64,000 bases of DNA from Candidatus Saccharimonadales bacterium (GCA_041737385.1 JBGSRU010000002.1:397437-461436), one strand, 5' to 3'. Counted from the stretch's first letter, positions 37,513 to 46,153 are shown. Numbers and translations: made by a program. The notes: generated by a model not told the origin, from the sequence alone.

Positions 37513-37671
37513 TTTTAAACCGTTGGACGCTTCTACTAAGCGCTGTCAGTCAAAGTTTTTTGCTTTTCCTCTAATAAAGTGAGTTAAGCGACTCTGACTT
37601 TTACTTTGTAGGAGCGTGAGCTTGTTTTTACCTGAATTGGCATATTACTAGCCCTGCCCTTCTTTTTATTT

Positions 37672-38589
37672 TTATTTTCGCTTGCTCACTCGTAGCTTCG
37701 CACTACGGGCTCGCGGATTAAAAACTAATTCATTCGGAGAAGCTTGGCGCGGTTGTTTGGTAACTTCTGTAAATACCGCGTCGTATCTATCTCCTGCATG
37801 TTCTTTGAAAAACCGCTTTACGATTCGGTCTTCCAAACTGTGGAATGTAATGATGCCTAAGCGTCCGCCTGGTGCCAACAACGACATGAGGAGTGGTAAT
37901 GCTTTTTCTAACTGTCCTAACTCATCATTTACCTCAATCCGAACTGCTTGAAACAGTCTCGTTGCAGGATGTGAGCGAGAATGGCCTGGCCATACTTTTT
38001 TAGCAACTTGTGCTAATTCACTAGTGGTTTTAAGCGGTCGTGATCCAATAATCACTTGCGACATACGTCTTGCTTTTGGTTCTTCTCCATAGACACGTAA
38101 GATTCGTTCAAGCTCACTGACTGAATAGGTATTTACTACCAGCTCAGCAGTCATAGCTTGGCTCGGATCCATGCGCATATCGAGAGGCCCATCGTTAGCA
38201 TACGAAAACCCCCTATTTACATTGTCAAGGTGCGGTGACGATACGCCTAAATCAGCCAAAATAATATCAAATTGTTGCTTTTCATCAGCCAGCTCTTCAG
38301 CTGCTTTCAGAAAATCTTGATGCTTCAAAACGATCTGCTTATTTGGAGCAAACCTATCTTTGAGGACATCAATAGCGTTTTCGTCTCGGTCAACTAATGT
38401 TGCCGACCCCTGAGTAATACTCAAGATTTCGCTCGCGTGTCCACCGTAACCTGCAGTTAGATCTAGATACCTTTCGCCTTTTTTGGGACTTAGGGTATCG
38501 AGTACTTCACTACTGAGTACTGGTGTATGTTGATTTGTTTTGTTTTTGATTTTTGTTTGTGACATATCTTTTTTTGTGTTTAAAGTCAC
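37672..38589 (-). CDS. rsmH: 16S rRNA (cytosine1402-N4)-methyltransferase RsmH
   Basis: 'HTPVLSSEVLD', 'DLTAGYGGHA', 'ADLGVSSPHLD' and 'FHSLEDRIVK'. Confidence 0.9.
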   Translation of the reverse strand: MTLNTKKDMSQTKIKNKTNQHTPVLSSEVLDTLSPKKGERYLDLTAGYGGHASEILSITQGSATLVDRDENAIDVLKDRFAPNKQIVLKHQDFLKAAEELADEKQQFDIILADLGVSSPHLDNVNRGFSYANDGPLDMRMDPSQAMTAELVVNTYSVSELERILRVYGEEPKARRMSQVIIGSRPLKTTSELAQVAKKVWPGHSRSHPATRLFQAVRIEVNDELGQLEKALPLLMSLLAPGGRLGIITFHSLEDRIVKRFFKEHAGDRYDAVFTEVTKQPRQASPNELVFNPRARSAKLRVSKRK

Positions 38590-38864
38590 CTAATCAGCAG
38601 CCAACTTTTTATTTTTATACGTTTTTGTTTTTGTTTAGTTTAAACGATGCGAATTTAGGAAGGTTTTTTTTTGAGAAATTTAAAAAATTTCTATATAAGC
38701 TTCCTTCTCATCTTGTTTAAACTTAAGTTGAGAGACTTATGTGTGAGGTGGAGTTTTGGGAGGTGTTTTATGACTCTTGAACAGAGTCGAATGTACGAAG
38801 GTTTTTTAGAGTGTTCCTTATAATCACTTGTTGACTGCCAAATAGGTAAGTTTAAAAACTAACT

Positions 38865-38887
38865 GAGACACCCCTTCGGGGTTTCTC
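38865..38887 (-). terminator. hairpin, possible attenuator/terminator between mraZ and rsmH
   Basis: On the - strand: GAGAAACCCC-GAAG-GGGGTGTCTC with 1 mismatch, followed by AGTTAGTTTTT. Confidence 0.3.
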
Positions 38888-39067
38888 GTCGCGTAAGGGA
38901 CAGTGAAATAAATTCCCTGTTCCGACTGCTCTTCCCGATGCAAAAGCTGCAAGCTTTATCACATTCGAGTAAGATCATTTTTAAATGTTTCTTATTTGGT
39001 CTTTTTTGGTAGCCCTTGCTGGCAACTACATTTGTTAATGTACGTTATATAATTCTCAATTGATTAG

Positions 39068-39427
39068 CTACTTTGCCATCAACCGCCAATAACGACCTAC
39101 TCCAACCACGACGACATCTTTATCGATTCCTGCATAGGCAACCAAGTGGCTATCCAGTCGGATACGTCCTTGCTTGTCATCCAGTGCGGTTTCAACCTTG
39201 CCCATCCTAAACTGTACGTTAAGGTCGGCGATCCGCTCATCGAGAATGTCACCATCAAGCTTTGGTTCTACCATTGTGTTCCAGACATCTACTGGGTACA
39301 CATGTAGGTATTTTCCAAACCCTCGGGTGATGATTACTCCACTAGCTAAGCTATCCCGCATCTCTGGCGGAACCGTCAAACGATTCTTATCGTCGAGTTT
39401 GCGTTCGAAGTAATCTACTTTTCCCAT
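39068..39427 (-). CDS. mraZ: transcriptional regulator MraZ (short form)
   Basis: Two SpoVT/AbrB-like halves: 'KLDDKNRLTVPPEMR' and 'LDDKQGRIRLDSHL'. It is the first gene of the dcw cluster. Confidence 0.8.
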   Translation of the reverse strand: MGKVDYFERKLDDKNRLTVPPEMRDSLASGVIITRGFGKYLHVYPVDVWNTMVEPKLDGDILDERIADLNVQFRMGKVETALDDKQGRIRLDSHLVAYAGIDKDVVVVGVGRYWRLMAK

Positions 39428-39535
39428 AGTGTGATTGTCATTCCTTTCCTATTTTCGAAAAGGAATTGAGTTTTAAATTTGCAAGTGGTTTTTGTTTTCT
39501 GCTTCTAGGTTGCTGTTTTTGCTTCCTTTGGCTTT

Positions 39536-39591
39536 TCCACTACACATACAATACTACCCACTGTTCCCCACGACAACCCCTTTTTACCCAT
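39536..39591 (-). promoter_or_regulatory. phased GTGG(G/A) boxes, candidate MraZ operator
   Basis: On the mraZ-sense strand, GTGGA is at 39536-39540, GTGGG at 39557-39561 and 39567-39571, and ATGGG at 39587-39591. Spacings are 21, 10 and 20 nt, about helical phase, 110-165 nt upstream of mraZ. Confidence 0.35.
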
Positions 39592-39612
39592 TTCTCTACT
39601 GAACATACTCAC

Positions 39613-39621
39613 TTATCCACA
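39613..39621 (+). promoter_or_regulatory. perfect DnaA-box consensus 9-mer TTATCCACA
   Basis: Exact match upstream of mraZ. It overlaps the GTGG-box series, so it may simply be another box. Confidence 0.2.
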
Positions 39622-39699
39622 GAAATAAAAATACCCACTACCTGTGGTGTGGGTAAGTTCAGTAGCTACGCTATTATAGCTTTGATACTCTTATTCGCC

Positions 39700-40176
39700 C
39701 TAAGGCTTAGGTACAAGAGTAGGTAAAGGAGTCACCGCAGAACCGGCTTCTGAAATGCGCTCTGCGTTTGGTGCATCAAACATTACAAAATCTTCACCAG
39801 GGATAATTGATGTAAATCTGTTAGGATTTTTACCATTAAGCTCGGCGACGCGTCTTAATTCTCTGTTCACAGCTCCTGAAGGAATCTCAGCGCTAGGATC
39901 TGCTTCAGCTGTTCGAAGCTCGGCTTCAACAAGACCATAAGGTGTATCACCCTCTTCAACCGTCACTACAGTTGTAGCAGGTGCTCTTTCAGCTGGTTCT
40001 TCTGAATCTCCACCAATAATTGCATTTCCAACTAGTAAACTGCCTGCAGCTAAACCAGCAACAATCATTGCTTTTCTTGCACGAGATAGGTGATCAGGTG
40101 TTAATGTTGGATCTGTGTTGGTAGTGTTACCGGGGGTACCGTGTTGTTTTGTTCTAAGTGGTGCATTTTTTGACAT
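39700..40176 (-). CDS. membrane-anchored LysM-like protein (tentative)
   Basis: A single TM helix ('MIVAGLAAGSLLVGNAIIG') followed by 'VVTVEEGDTPYGLV...VAELNGKNPN...IIPGEDFVMF', which resembles LysM. Confidence 0.3.
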   Translation of the reverse strand: MSKNAPLRTKQHGTPGNTTNTDPTLTPDHLSRARKAMIVAGLAAGSLLVGNAIIGGDSEEPAERAPATTVVTVEEGDTPYGLVEAELRTAEADPSAEIPSGAVNRELRRVAELNGKNPNRFTSIIPGEDFVMFDAPNAERISEAGSAVTPLPTLVPKP

Positions 40177-40241
40177 AGCTTGTATTATACTACACGCTTA
40201 TGGTTTTGTCAATATATTATGCAACTTTTAGCGTATATATA

Positions 40242-41543
40242 TTATTTATGACTTAATTCAGCAATTCGCTCAGCATAATACTTAGCAGACGGTCTCACCG
40301 TTCGTTTCATCGTCTCTCTATCTACGTGCACTAAACCAAACTCCGGGAACCAACCATACGCCCATTCAAAGTTATCAAGGAGGCTCCAGTGGTAGTAACC
40401 TTTGAGCTCAATTCCTTCAGATAACGCACGCTCCATCGCGATTATCGTCTCTTCTATCCACCATTTACGCTGTTTGTCGTCAGCATCTGCTAAGCCGTTC
40501 TCAGTGATGATTATAGGTTTATTATAGTGTGCGTAGACTCTCACCAAAAGCGGATAGATTCCTTCTGGCTCCATATACCAGCCAAGATCACTCTTTGGCA
40601 GACCTGGGTTATCCTGATGGAACAACGTGTTTTTACGGCCTTTGTACTGCCTGAACGAATAATAATCAGTAAAGTAGTAGTTGAAGCCAACATAATCTTG
40701 ATATCTTTTGATTCGGTTCAAGAACCACCAGTTCCAAAAATAGCGCATCCACCTAACGGCGAGGTTATCCCAGAAATTCTGCGGGCGTTTTGCCTGTATG
40801 TTTGCTAATTGGGCTGCAACGCCAATTTGTAGGCTCTTTTTATGCTTTTTAAGGATTTTATATGAGCGCTTATGTGCAACTGATAGGTTGTAATATACCG
40901 TTATAAAAGAGAACCAGCTTTTTTTATTGGGTGGCCATTCCCCCGTTGCGTAGCCGAAGCTAGAATAGACGTTTGGTTCGTTCAGTGTGATGATGTACTT
41001 CAGCTTGTTTATAGGGAGCTCTTTACAGACTTTTGCGACAAAACGCTCAAAATACTTTATATTTGAGCGTTTTTCAAAGCCTCCCTTCTCAGTAAACCAG
41101 ACCGGCATTGTCCAGTGCCACAAGTTCAGCATCGGAACAATGTCTCGAGATAATAACTCTTCAATATATTCCTTGTAGTGAGCGAACGCCTCTGCATTCC
41201 ATACACCTTCTTCTGGTTCAAGTCGCGACCATTCTATTCCGAACCTGAAAGCGTTCAAATTCAGCTTCTCGGCGATATCAAAGTCGTGTTTGTAGTTTTC
41301 GTAGTGCCTTATACCTACTCCTGATAAGTAATTTTCAGGTGTCTCCGCTTGCGACTTAAACTTATCCCACTCTGGAAGCCAGTTTAACCGTTTATCTGCA
41401 GTTGCAGCTAATTCGCGCGCGTTTTCAAGTTCCCACACCGTCCATTGATTATAAGTGTTGCCTTCTACTTGATGCGAAGCGGTACTAGCGCCCCACATAA
41501 AATCCTTCGGGAATACGTTTTGTTCATTTATTTTTTTTGTCAT
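40242..41543 (-). CDS. glycoside hydrolase family 1 beta-glucosidase
   Basis: 'FMWGASTASHQVEG', the acid/base 'TLNEPNVY' and the nucleophile 'IIITENGLAD'. I place the start at M39 (41543) because the upstream extension lies inside a repeat copy. Confidence 0.9.
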   Translation of the reverse strand: MTKKINEQNVFPKDFMWGASTASHQVEGNTYNQWTVWELENARELAATADKRLNWLPEWDKFKSQAETPENYLSGVGIRHYENYKHDFDIAEKLNLNAFRFGIEWSRLEPEEGVWNAEAFAHYKEYIEELLSRDIVPMLNLWHWTMPVWFTEKGGFEKRSNIKYFERFVAKVCKELPINKLKYIITLNEPNVYSSFGYATGEWPPNKKSWFSFITVYYNLSVAHKRSYKILKKHKKSLQIGVAAQLANIQAKRPQNFWDNLAVRWMRYFWNWWFLNRIKRYQDYVGFNYYFTDYYSFRQYKGRKNTLFHQDNPGLPKSDLGWYMEPEGIYPLLVRVYAHYNKPIIITENGLADADDKQRKWWIEETIIAMERALSEGIELKGYYHWSLLDNFEWAYGWFPEFGLVHVDRETMKRTVRPSAKYYAERIAELSHK

Positions 41544-41584
41544 TATGTAGAGTTTACCAGAAATTATAGAAATTGTGGCTTTGC

Positions 41585-41750
41585 GCGCCACACCTCGCCA
41601 TACTTTTACCTGCAGGTGCAAAAGTATGCAAAACCCCCGCACCCGGCCGAAAAACATGATTGAAACAAGATACCAGACAGGCTTGCGCAGCGAGGACGCA
41701 AGCGACCTTCGGCTTATCTTCAGCTATTTGCCTTAGGTTGGCTCACTGCT
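41585..41750 (-). repeat. mosaic intergenic repeat, copy R3a (truncated)
   Basis: The reverse complement of 41585-41700 aligns with 47060-47170 of R4. Shared features are CTGGTAT..TTTCA.TCA.GTTT, GGGTGCGGGG(G)TTTT, and the hairpin TACTTTT..AAAAGTA at 41601-41626. Confidence 0.8.
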
Positions 41751-42072
41751 TGACTCAAGCCAGACTGATTTGCTTCATCAGTTTTTCAGAGGGTGAAAGG
41801 TTCAATCATGGATTGAAGCCCGTAGCTCCTGTAGCCCAATCCAGCATAAAACGCGAGAAACCAATGAAACAACTGCAAAACAAGTCGAGTCAATTGTGAG
41901 GACCAGGCAAAAGTACTTAATGGTAGAATCTACTTTTGCCCGACCAAAGGGAGTTCCGCAACAACGACCTGTTTTGCAGTTGTTTCAATTGTGTTTGTTG
42001 CGTCCGGGTGGTGGTTTTTGCCTCTCGTTTTTGGCAGCAAAAATGAGAGCCTTCTGTCGCACGGATGCGACA
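41751..42072 (+). repeat. mosaic intergenic repeat, copy R3b
   Basis: ACTGAT (41764-41769), a 10-bp stem (41906-41915 with 41931-41940), CGACCAAAGGGAGT, GTTCCGCAACAAC (41953-41965), TCCGGGTGGTGGTTTTTGC (42003-42021), and a hairpin at 42022-42049 with loop GGCAGC. Confidence 0.8.
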
Positions 42073-42091
42073 TCTTACTAATAAGTAGTCA

Positions 42092-42703
42092 TTATTTCTT
42101 AGATTTGGTTTGAGGTTTTTTCTTAGAATATCCTCTGTAAGCGAGCTCTTTACGTAACTCGTCTATACGAACGATGAAACTCTCAAACGGCTTCAATAGC
42201 GTCGAATAGCGCCAGTTCGGTGACATGATGTGTAATAATTTATTTCTATCCCTCAGATACTCAATCAATGAATAAAAATCACCATCACCAGAGACAATAA
42301 TTGCCTTAGAGTAATTAGGTAATTCTTTCATAGCGTACAGGACAAGATCAGTATCTATGTTGCCTTTTGTTGGGGGCTTTTCTTTATCGTCATCTTTTTC
42401 TTCAGCATTTGGATCGGCAAACATTTCTAACGTCGGTTTCAACGCGACAAGATAGCCTGCTTCTTGCATCTGTTTATAGAGGTCTTCGTTCTCCGGTAAA
42501 TAGCCAATAAACATGAAGGCTTTTTCAACGTTGTACTTCTCTTGCAGATAGATGCGAAACTTCTTCCAGTCGAGCTTCCACCCTGCCCGCTGCACACCTA
42601 GGTTCAGGTTCTGACTATCTATAAAAGCATAGTTACCTTTTGGTGCTTGCTGTTTCGGTTTACGGAACGGGAATAGCCGTTTTTTGTTTTGGTTTGTTGC
42701 CAT
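42092..42703 (-). CDS. NYN (LabA/DUF88-like) domain putative RNase
   Basis: 'YAFIDSQNLNLGVQRAGWKLDWKKFRIYL' and 'IIVSGDGDFYSLIEYL' are typical of NYN/LabA-like proteins. Confidence 0.7.
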   Translation of the reverse strand: MATNQNKKRLFPFRKPKQQAPKGNYAFIDSQNLNLGVQRAGWKLDWKKFRIYLQEKYNVEKAFMFIGYLPENEDLYKQMQEAGYLVALKPTLEMFADPNAEEKDDDKEKPPTKGNIDTDLVLYAMKELPNYSKAIIVSGDGDFYSLIEYLRDRNKLLHIMSPNWRYSTLLKPFESFIVRIDELRKELAYRGYSKKKPQTKSKK

Positions 42704-42779
42704 AACAGTATCATAGCAGGTTATGAATTATATATCCCGCTCATGGTTAAAAGTATATTATATTGTATAATAACAAAAT

Positions 42780-43841
42780 ATGAGAGCATCTGCAAATCCG
42801 GAAGCAAGAAAGCTAAGTTTCGACCATCAGCCTACTGGCTTTACTGACGTGTCTTTTGCGTTAGGTGGAGTAAACCACGATATCCGTAGGTTAACTACTG
42901 GTGTTGTTGCGGTCTCTGGTGACTGTCCAACTATACAAGATATAGCAGATTCTTTAAGAGAGTTAGGAGCCGACCAACTACATGAAGTTACACACTCATT
43001 AATCCGGAATCACGTAGAACATACTCCTCCCGAAGTTATAGACTTTGAAAGATACGAAGAAACTGACACAGTTTGCATAACAAGGCTTACTGGTCTTTCA
43101 GTCGCAATTGGAGGTGTCATGTTGGAAGAGTTGGGAGGCATAAATACTGTTGGAGGTCTACAGTCCTTAGTCGGAGGCTTTAAACTTGTTAATAATAAGG
43201 GAGAACGAGTTTTTCCTGGTCCAGGTCTTAGATATTTGATATATGACAGATTCATTAGTGAGGGTGGGTCTTTTCAGGGCAGCAAGTTAGCACCAAAATT
43301 TGTAAAAATAGGATCAACAAGAGACGCCTTAAGGGGCCAACTAGATCAATTAGTCGATCAAGGCTACGTTACAGAAGGACCAAAAAAAGGAACGAGCCCT
43401 ATTACGTATACCTTAGATCCAGCTAAAAGGCCATTTATTCGTGATTATGTAAGTATCGTAAAATCTTTCATATCCAGTCATGATAGATGTATCGACGGTA
43501 TAGATACAATTGAAGGATATCTCGATCCAGAAGATGATAGATCATACGGTGTACCTTACGACGTCAGAAACGCTATGCATAATTCGCCTAAAAGAAATGC
43601 TCCGTTGTCACAAGCGCTCAATGAATATCTACTAAATTTAAGGGCGGAAGGCACAACCGAAGTGAGTACAGCCACACTTGCAGAAAAATACGGCTATACA
43701 ACGAAAAGAATGTATGATCTCCTAAAATACATGTCTACTAGCCCAGATTTTAACGTAAGAAGAGTTGGTGAAAGAGGGAGAAATAGTAAAGGTCAAGGAG
43801 TTAGTGCAAAATGGTCAATATTCTCTTGCTTGGATGAATAG
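42780..43841 (+). CDS. hypothetical protein with winged-helix-like segments
   Basis: 353 aa. 'LRGQLDQLVDQGYVTEGPKKGTSPITYTL' and 'ATLAEKYGYTTKRMYDLLKYM...' look wHTH-like. I recognise no catalytic motif. Confidence 0.4.
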   Translation: MRASANPEARKLSFDHQPTGFTDVSFALGGVNHDIRRLTTGVVAVSGDCPTIQDIADSLRELGADQLHEVTHSLIRNHVEHTPPEVIDFERYEETDTVCITRLTGLSVAIGGVMLEELGGINTVGGLQSLVGGFKLVNNKGERVFPGPGLRYLIYDRFISEGGSFQGSKLAPKFVKIGSTRDALRGQLDQLVDQGYVTEGPKKGTSPITYTLDPAKRPFIRDYVSIVKSFISSHDRCIDGIDTIEGYLDPEDDRSYGVPYDVRNAMHNSPKRNAPLSQALNEYLLNLRAEGTTEVSTATLAEKYGYTTKRMYDLLKYMSTSPDFNVRRVGERGRNSKGQGVSAKWSIFSCLDE

Positions 43842-44408
43842 CAGAAAACTATTTATATAACTTAATATTTGCGGGAATTCTTTGAACTTTTCGCTTTTTT
43901 CTAGATTGAAATGCCCGCTATTTGGAATAACCACCGGTTCCCCATCTGTTTTTTCAGCGAGATATTCAGCGTGAGATAGTGGACAGTATGGATCATCGTC
44001 AGAATGTATGAATAGGCGCTCGTTGCTGTTTTGTTTAATCTTTTCAAAATCAAAGTCAATGTCAAAGAATCGATCGTTAGCATGGAAGTCTAACTCTTCA
44101 TGAAGATAGACTAGATCTTTGTATGCACCAACCGAGATTGTCTTGTCTACCCCTTTAGATAGCTGAGCTACGACGAGGACCGCAACAGCACCAGATGAAT
44201 GACCTATCAGCACCGTTTCTGCATTAATTTCGAAGGGCGTGTTTTCGAATATATAGTTTGTCCATTCCCTCAAGCTTGGCATATCTGAACTTGGGAGGTC
44301 AGGCACCCAAACAGCGTATCCCCTCTCTTCTAGCGAGTTTTTTAGCCACTGAAACCAGTTTCCGCTGGAGTCACTTTGTGTTCCGTGCAATATAATTGCG
44401 CTCTTCAT
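43815..44408 (-). CDS. alpha/beta serine hydrolase (YdeN/RBBP9-like)
   Basis: 'ILHGTQSDSSGNWFQWL' and the nucleophile elbow 'LIGHSSGA'. Its 3' end overlaps the convergent gene by 27 nt. Confidence 0.55.
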   Translation of the reverse strand: MKSAIILHGTQSDSSGNWFQWLKNSLEERGYAVWVPDLPSSDMPSLREWTNYIFENTPFEINAETVLIGHSSGAVAVLVVAQLSKGVDKTISVGAYKDLVYLHEELDFHANDRFFDIDFDFEKIKQNSNERLFIHSDDDPYCPLSHAEYLAEKTDGEPVVIPNSGHFNLEKSEKFKEFPQILSYINSFLLFIQAREY

Positions 44409-44485
44409 ACTTACATTCTAGCAGTTACAAATACAAAAGCTCAGATCCACCTCCGAACCTGAGCTTTTAAAAGAGTTTCTATTAT

Positions 44486-44581
44486 CTATACTGCTGCAAA
44501 GATGACGAGCATGAACGTCATAACTGCCGTACCTAGACCTACTGCTACAATTTTTGGTATTTCCCAAACTGCTTTGTCCAT
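44486..44581 (-). CDS. 31-aa single-TM micro-ORF (speculative)
   Basis: MDKAVWEIPKIVAVGLGTAVMTFMLVIFAAV. AGGAG lies 8 nt upstream of the ATG. It falls below the ORF-track size cutoff. Confidence 0.25.
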   Translation of the reverse strand: MDKAVWEIPKIVAVGLGTAVMTFMLVIFAAV

Positions 44582-44701
44582 CTCTCGTCTCCTGTTTAGT
44601 ACTTATATAGTACGTGCATCTGCTTTTTATTACTGTAATAATAGACAACATATCTATGTGCACTTCCCCACTCCCCTGCCGTGCGATATGTCACTAAATT
44701 G

Positions 44702-45280
44702 CTAAGAAAGTCGCTTTGGTCTGATTACAGTAAGGTATGCCAAAGCTCCGTTAAACATAACTAAATATATTGGGAATGCATACGCTGCGAACGTCCAATC
44801 ATCAATGATTAATAATATAGATCCCTGAGCTACTGTCCATACAACAAAAGATCGTCCGTTTTCACTGTTCGGCTTCTTATATGCTTTTATAAATGTTGGT
44901 AATGCTGCTGAGACGTCCGCTACGATACTGAAAACTATCGCTAGATTTGGGTTATCAGTTATCAACCAAAGTAATAATCCAACTAAAGCTATAAGCCCAA
45001 ACCAATAGTCACGCTTTTCAGTTTTCCAATATGCTTTTGGGTTAACGTAAGATGCCGCAAATATTAACACTACATTGAAAAGCCCCGCACCAACACCAGC
45101 GGTCGCCCATCCTGCGCCACCATCCAGTGCAGCAAAAAAAGCAATCCCTGTAAACATCGTCAGCAAACCCCATGTCATTCTGTTTGGCTTAGTCTCGCCT
45201 TTAAGTGTGGCAATTATGTAGCTCAAACCGCCTAAAAGACTAAGCACTACTGCTACAATTGCGAAATATTCTGGTAACAT
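44702..45280 (-). CDS. PQ-loop/SWEET-superfamily-like 6-7 TM membrane protein (paralog 1)
   Basis: It is an internal duplication of 3-TM halves. 'LSYIIATLKGETKPNRMTW' and 'LPTFIKAYKKPNSEN' resemble PQ-loop motifs. It is homologous to 47717-48319. Confidence 0.4.
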   Translation of the reverse strand: MLPEYFAIVAVVLSLLGGLSYIIATLKGETKPNRMTWGLLTMFTGIAFFAALDGGAGWATAGVGAGLFNVVLIFAASYVNPKAYWKTEKRDYWFGLIALVGLLLWLITDNPNLAIVFSIVADVSAALPTFIKAYKKPNSENGRSFVVWTVAQGSILLIIDDWTFAAYAFPIYLVMFNGALAYLTVIRPKRLS

Positions 45281-45283
45281 GAT

Positions 45284-46084
45284 TTAATTTACATTCCGTC
45301 CTGAAGCTATATATCTTTTCAAGTCATACTGTAGCACTTCTGGCCCAAACGTAGTAGTAAAGTCAGGGCCTAAGCTAAGTAAACTGCGGACATGACTTGC
45401 GAGCACCTGATCTGCAAACCCAGCCAATCTATCAATGGATTCTTCTGCTAACTCTGCTACTCCGGCTATTCTATCGTCTTGCAATAACCTACTAAGTATA
45501 TCTCCGTATTCTGTTGGCTGTTGCATGATTAATCCACCTGAAACACCGATTGAATATTCAATACTGTTAGTAATTCCCATATGCCAAGAGTCGGTTTTAT
45601 TCCTAATAAACACATTGTATGGGTGATTATCATCTTCGTCTCTGTCATAAGAAGCTGCAACTTTCGCACGAGCTGATTTAGTCATAGACATATTGCCATA
45701 GCCTGGGTGAACCTGTTCAACTGGATCTGGCTCAAGTGCTGCTTCAAAATGCTCGGATGCAGAATGTATTGCAACAAAGCCATCGACGTTGGACACAGCT
45801 ATATATCCATTGCAACGGATAACAGAGTTACCATCTGTTCCTTGATAGATTCTGTGGTGCGAGCCTTCGCCTACTCCGATTCTAGCAATGACATCATTGG
45901 TTGGTTGCCCGAGTCTATCAAACTCGCTGTTTAGTAAATCAACCATCCCGACGTCATGAAGAGGATACATGCTAGTCATACTTTCTACTTCTCCTAAAGC
46001 ACGATTAACTTGATCTGATTCTTTCGACATTACAGCGTCGTGTAGTCTTGACATTGATCCGTTTAGTGCTTCAATACTTTTCAT
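45284..46084 (-). CDS. hypothetical protein
   Basis: 266-aa ORF ending 3 nt upstream of the membrane gene start, with no motif I recognise. Confidence 0.45.
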   Translation of the reverse strand: MKSIEALNGSMSRLHDAVMSKESDQVNRALGEVESMTSMYPLHDVGMVDLLNSEFDRLGQPTNDVIARIGVGEGSHHRIYQGTDGNSVIRCNGYIAVSNVDGFVAIHSASEHFEAALEPDPVEQVHPGYGNMSMTKSARAKVAASYDRDEDDNHPYNVFIRNKTDSWHMGITNSIEYSIGVSGGLIMQQPTEYGDILSRLLQDDRIAGVAELAEESIDRLAGFADQVLASHVRSLLSLGPDFTTTFGPEVLQYDLKRYIASGRNVN

Positions 46085-46153
46085 AAGAATTTTCTCCTTG
46101 TTATGTTTGCTATTTTGACAGAATATTTTATATATGTTAAACTGTTCACCATA

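Noticed and set aside
41659-41989. CRISPR-repeat-like termini ATTGAAAC (41659-41666) and GTTTCAAT (41982-41989)
   Set aside because: There are only two occurrences, in opposite orientation. Both fall inside block D of the mosaic repeat. I saw no regularly spaced repeat-spacer array and no cas genes in the window.
41660-42081. 79-aa and 61-aa + strand ORFs between the GH1 and NYN genes
   Set aside because: Both lie entirely within repeat copies R3a/R3b. The homologous sequence in R1, R2 and R4 does not keep these frames open.
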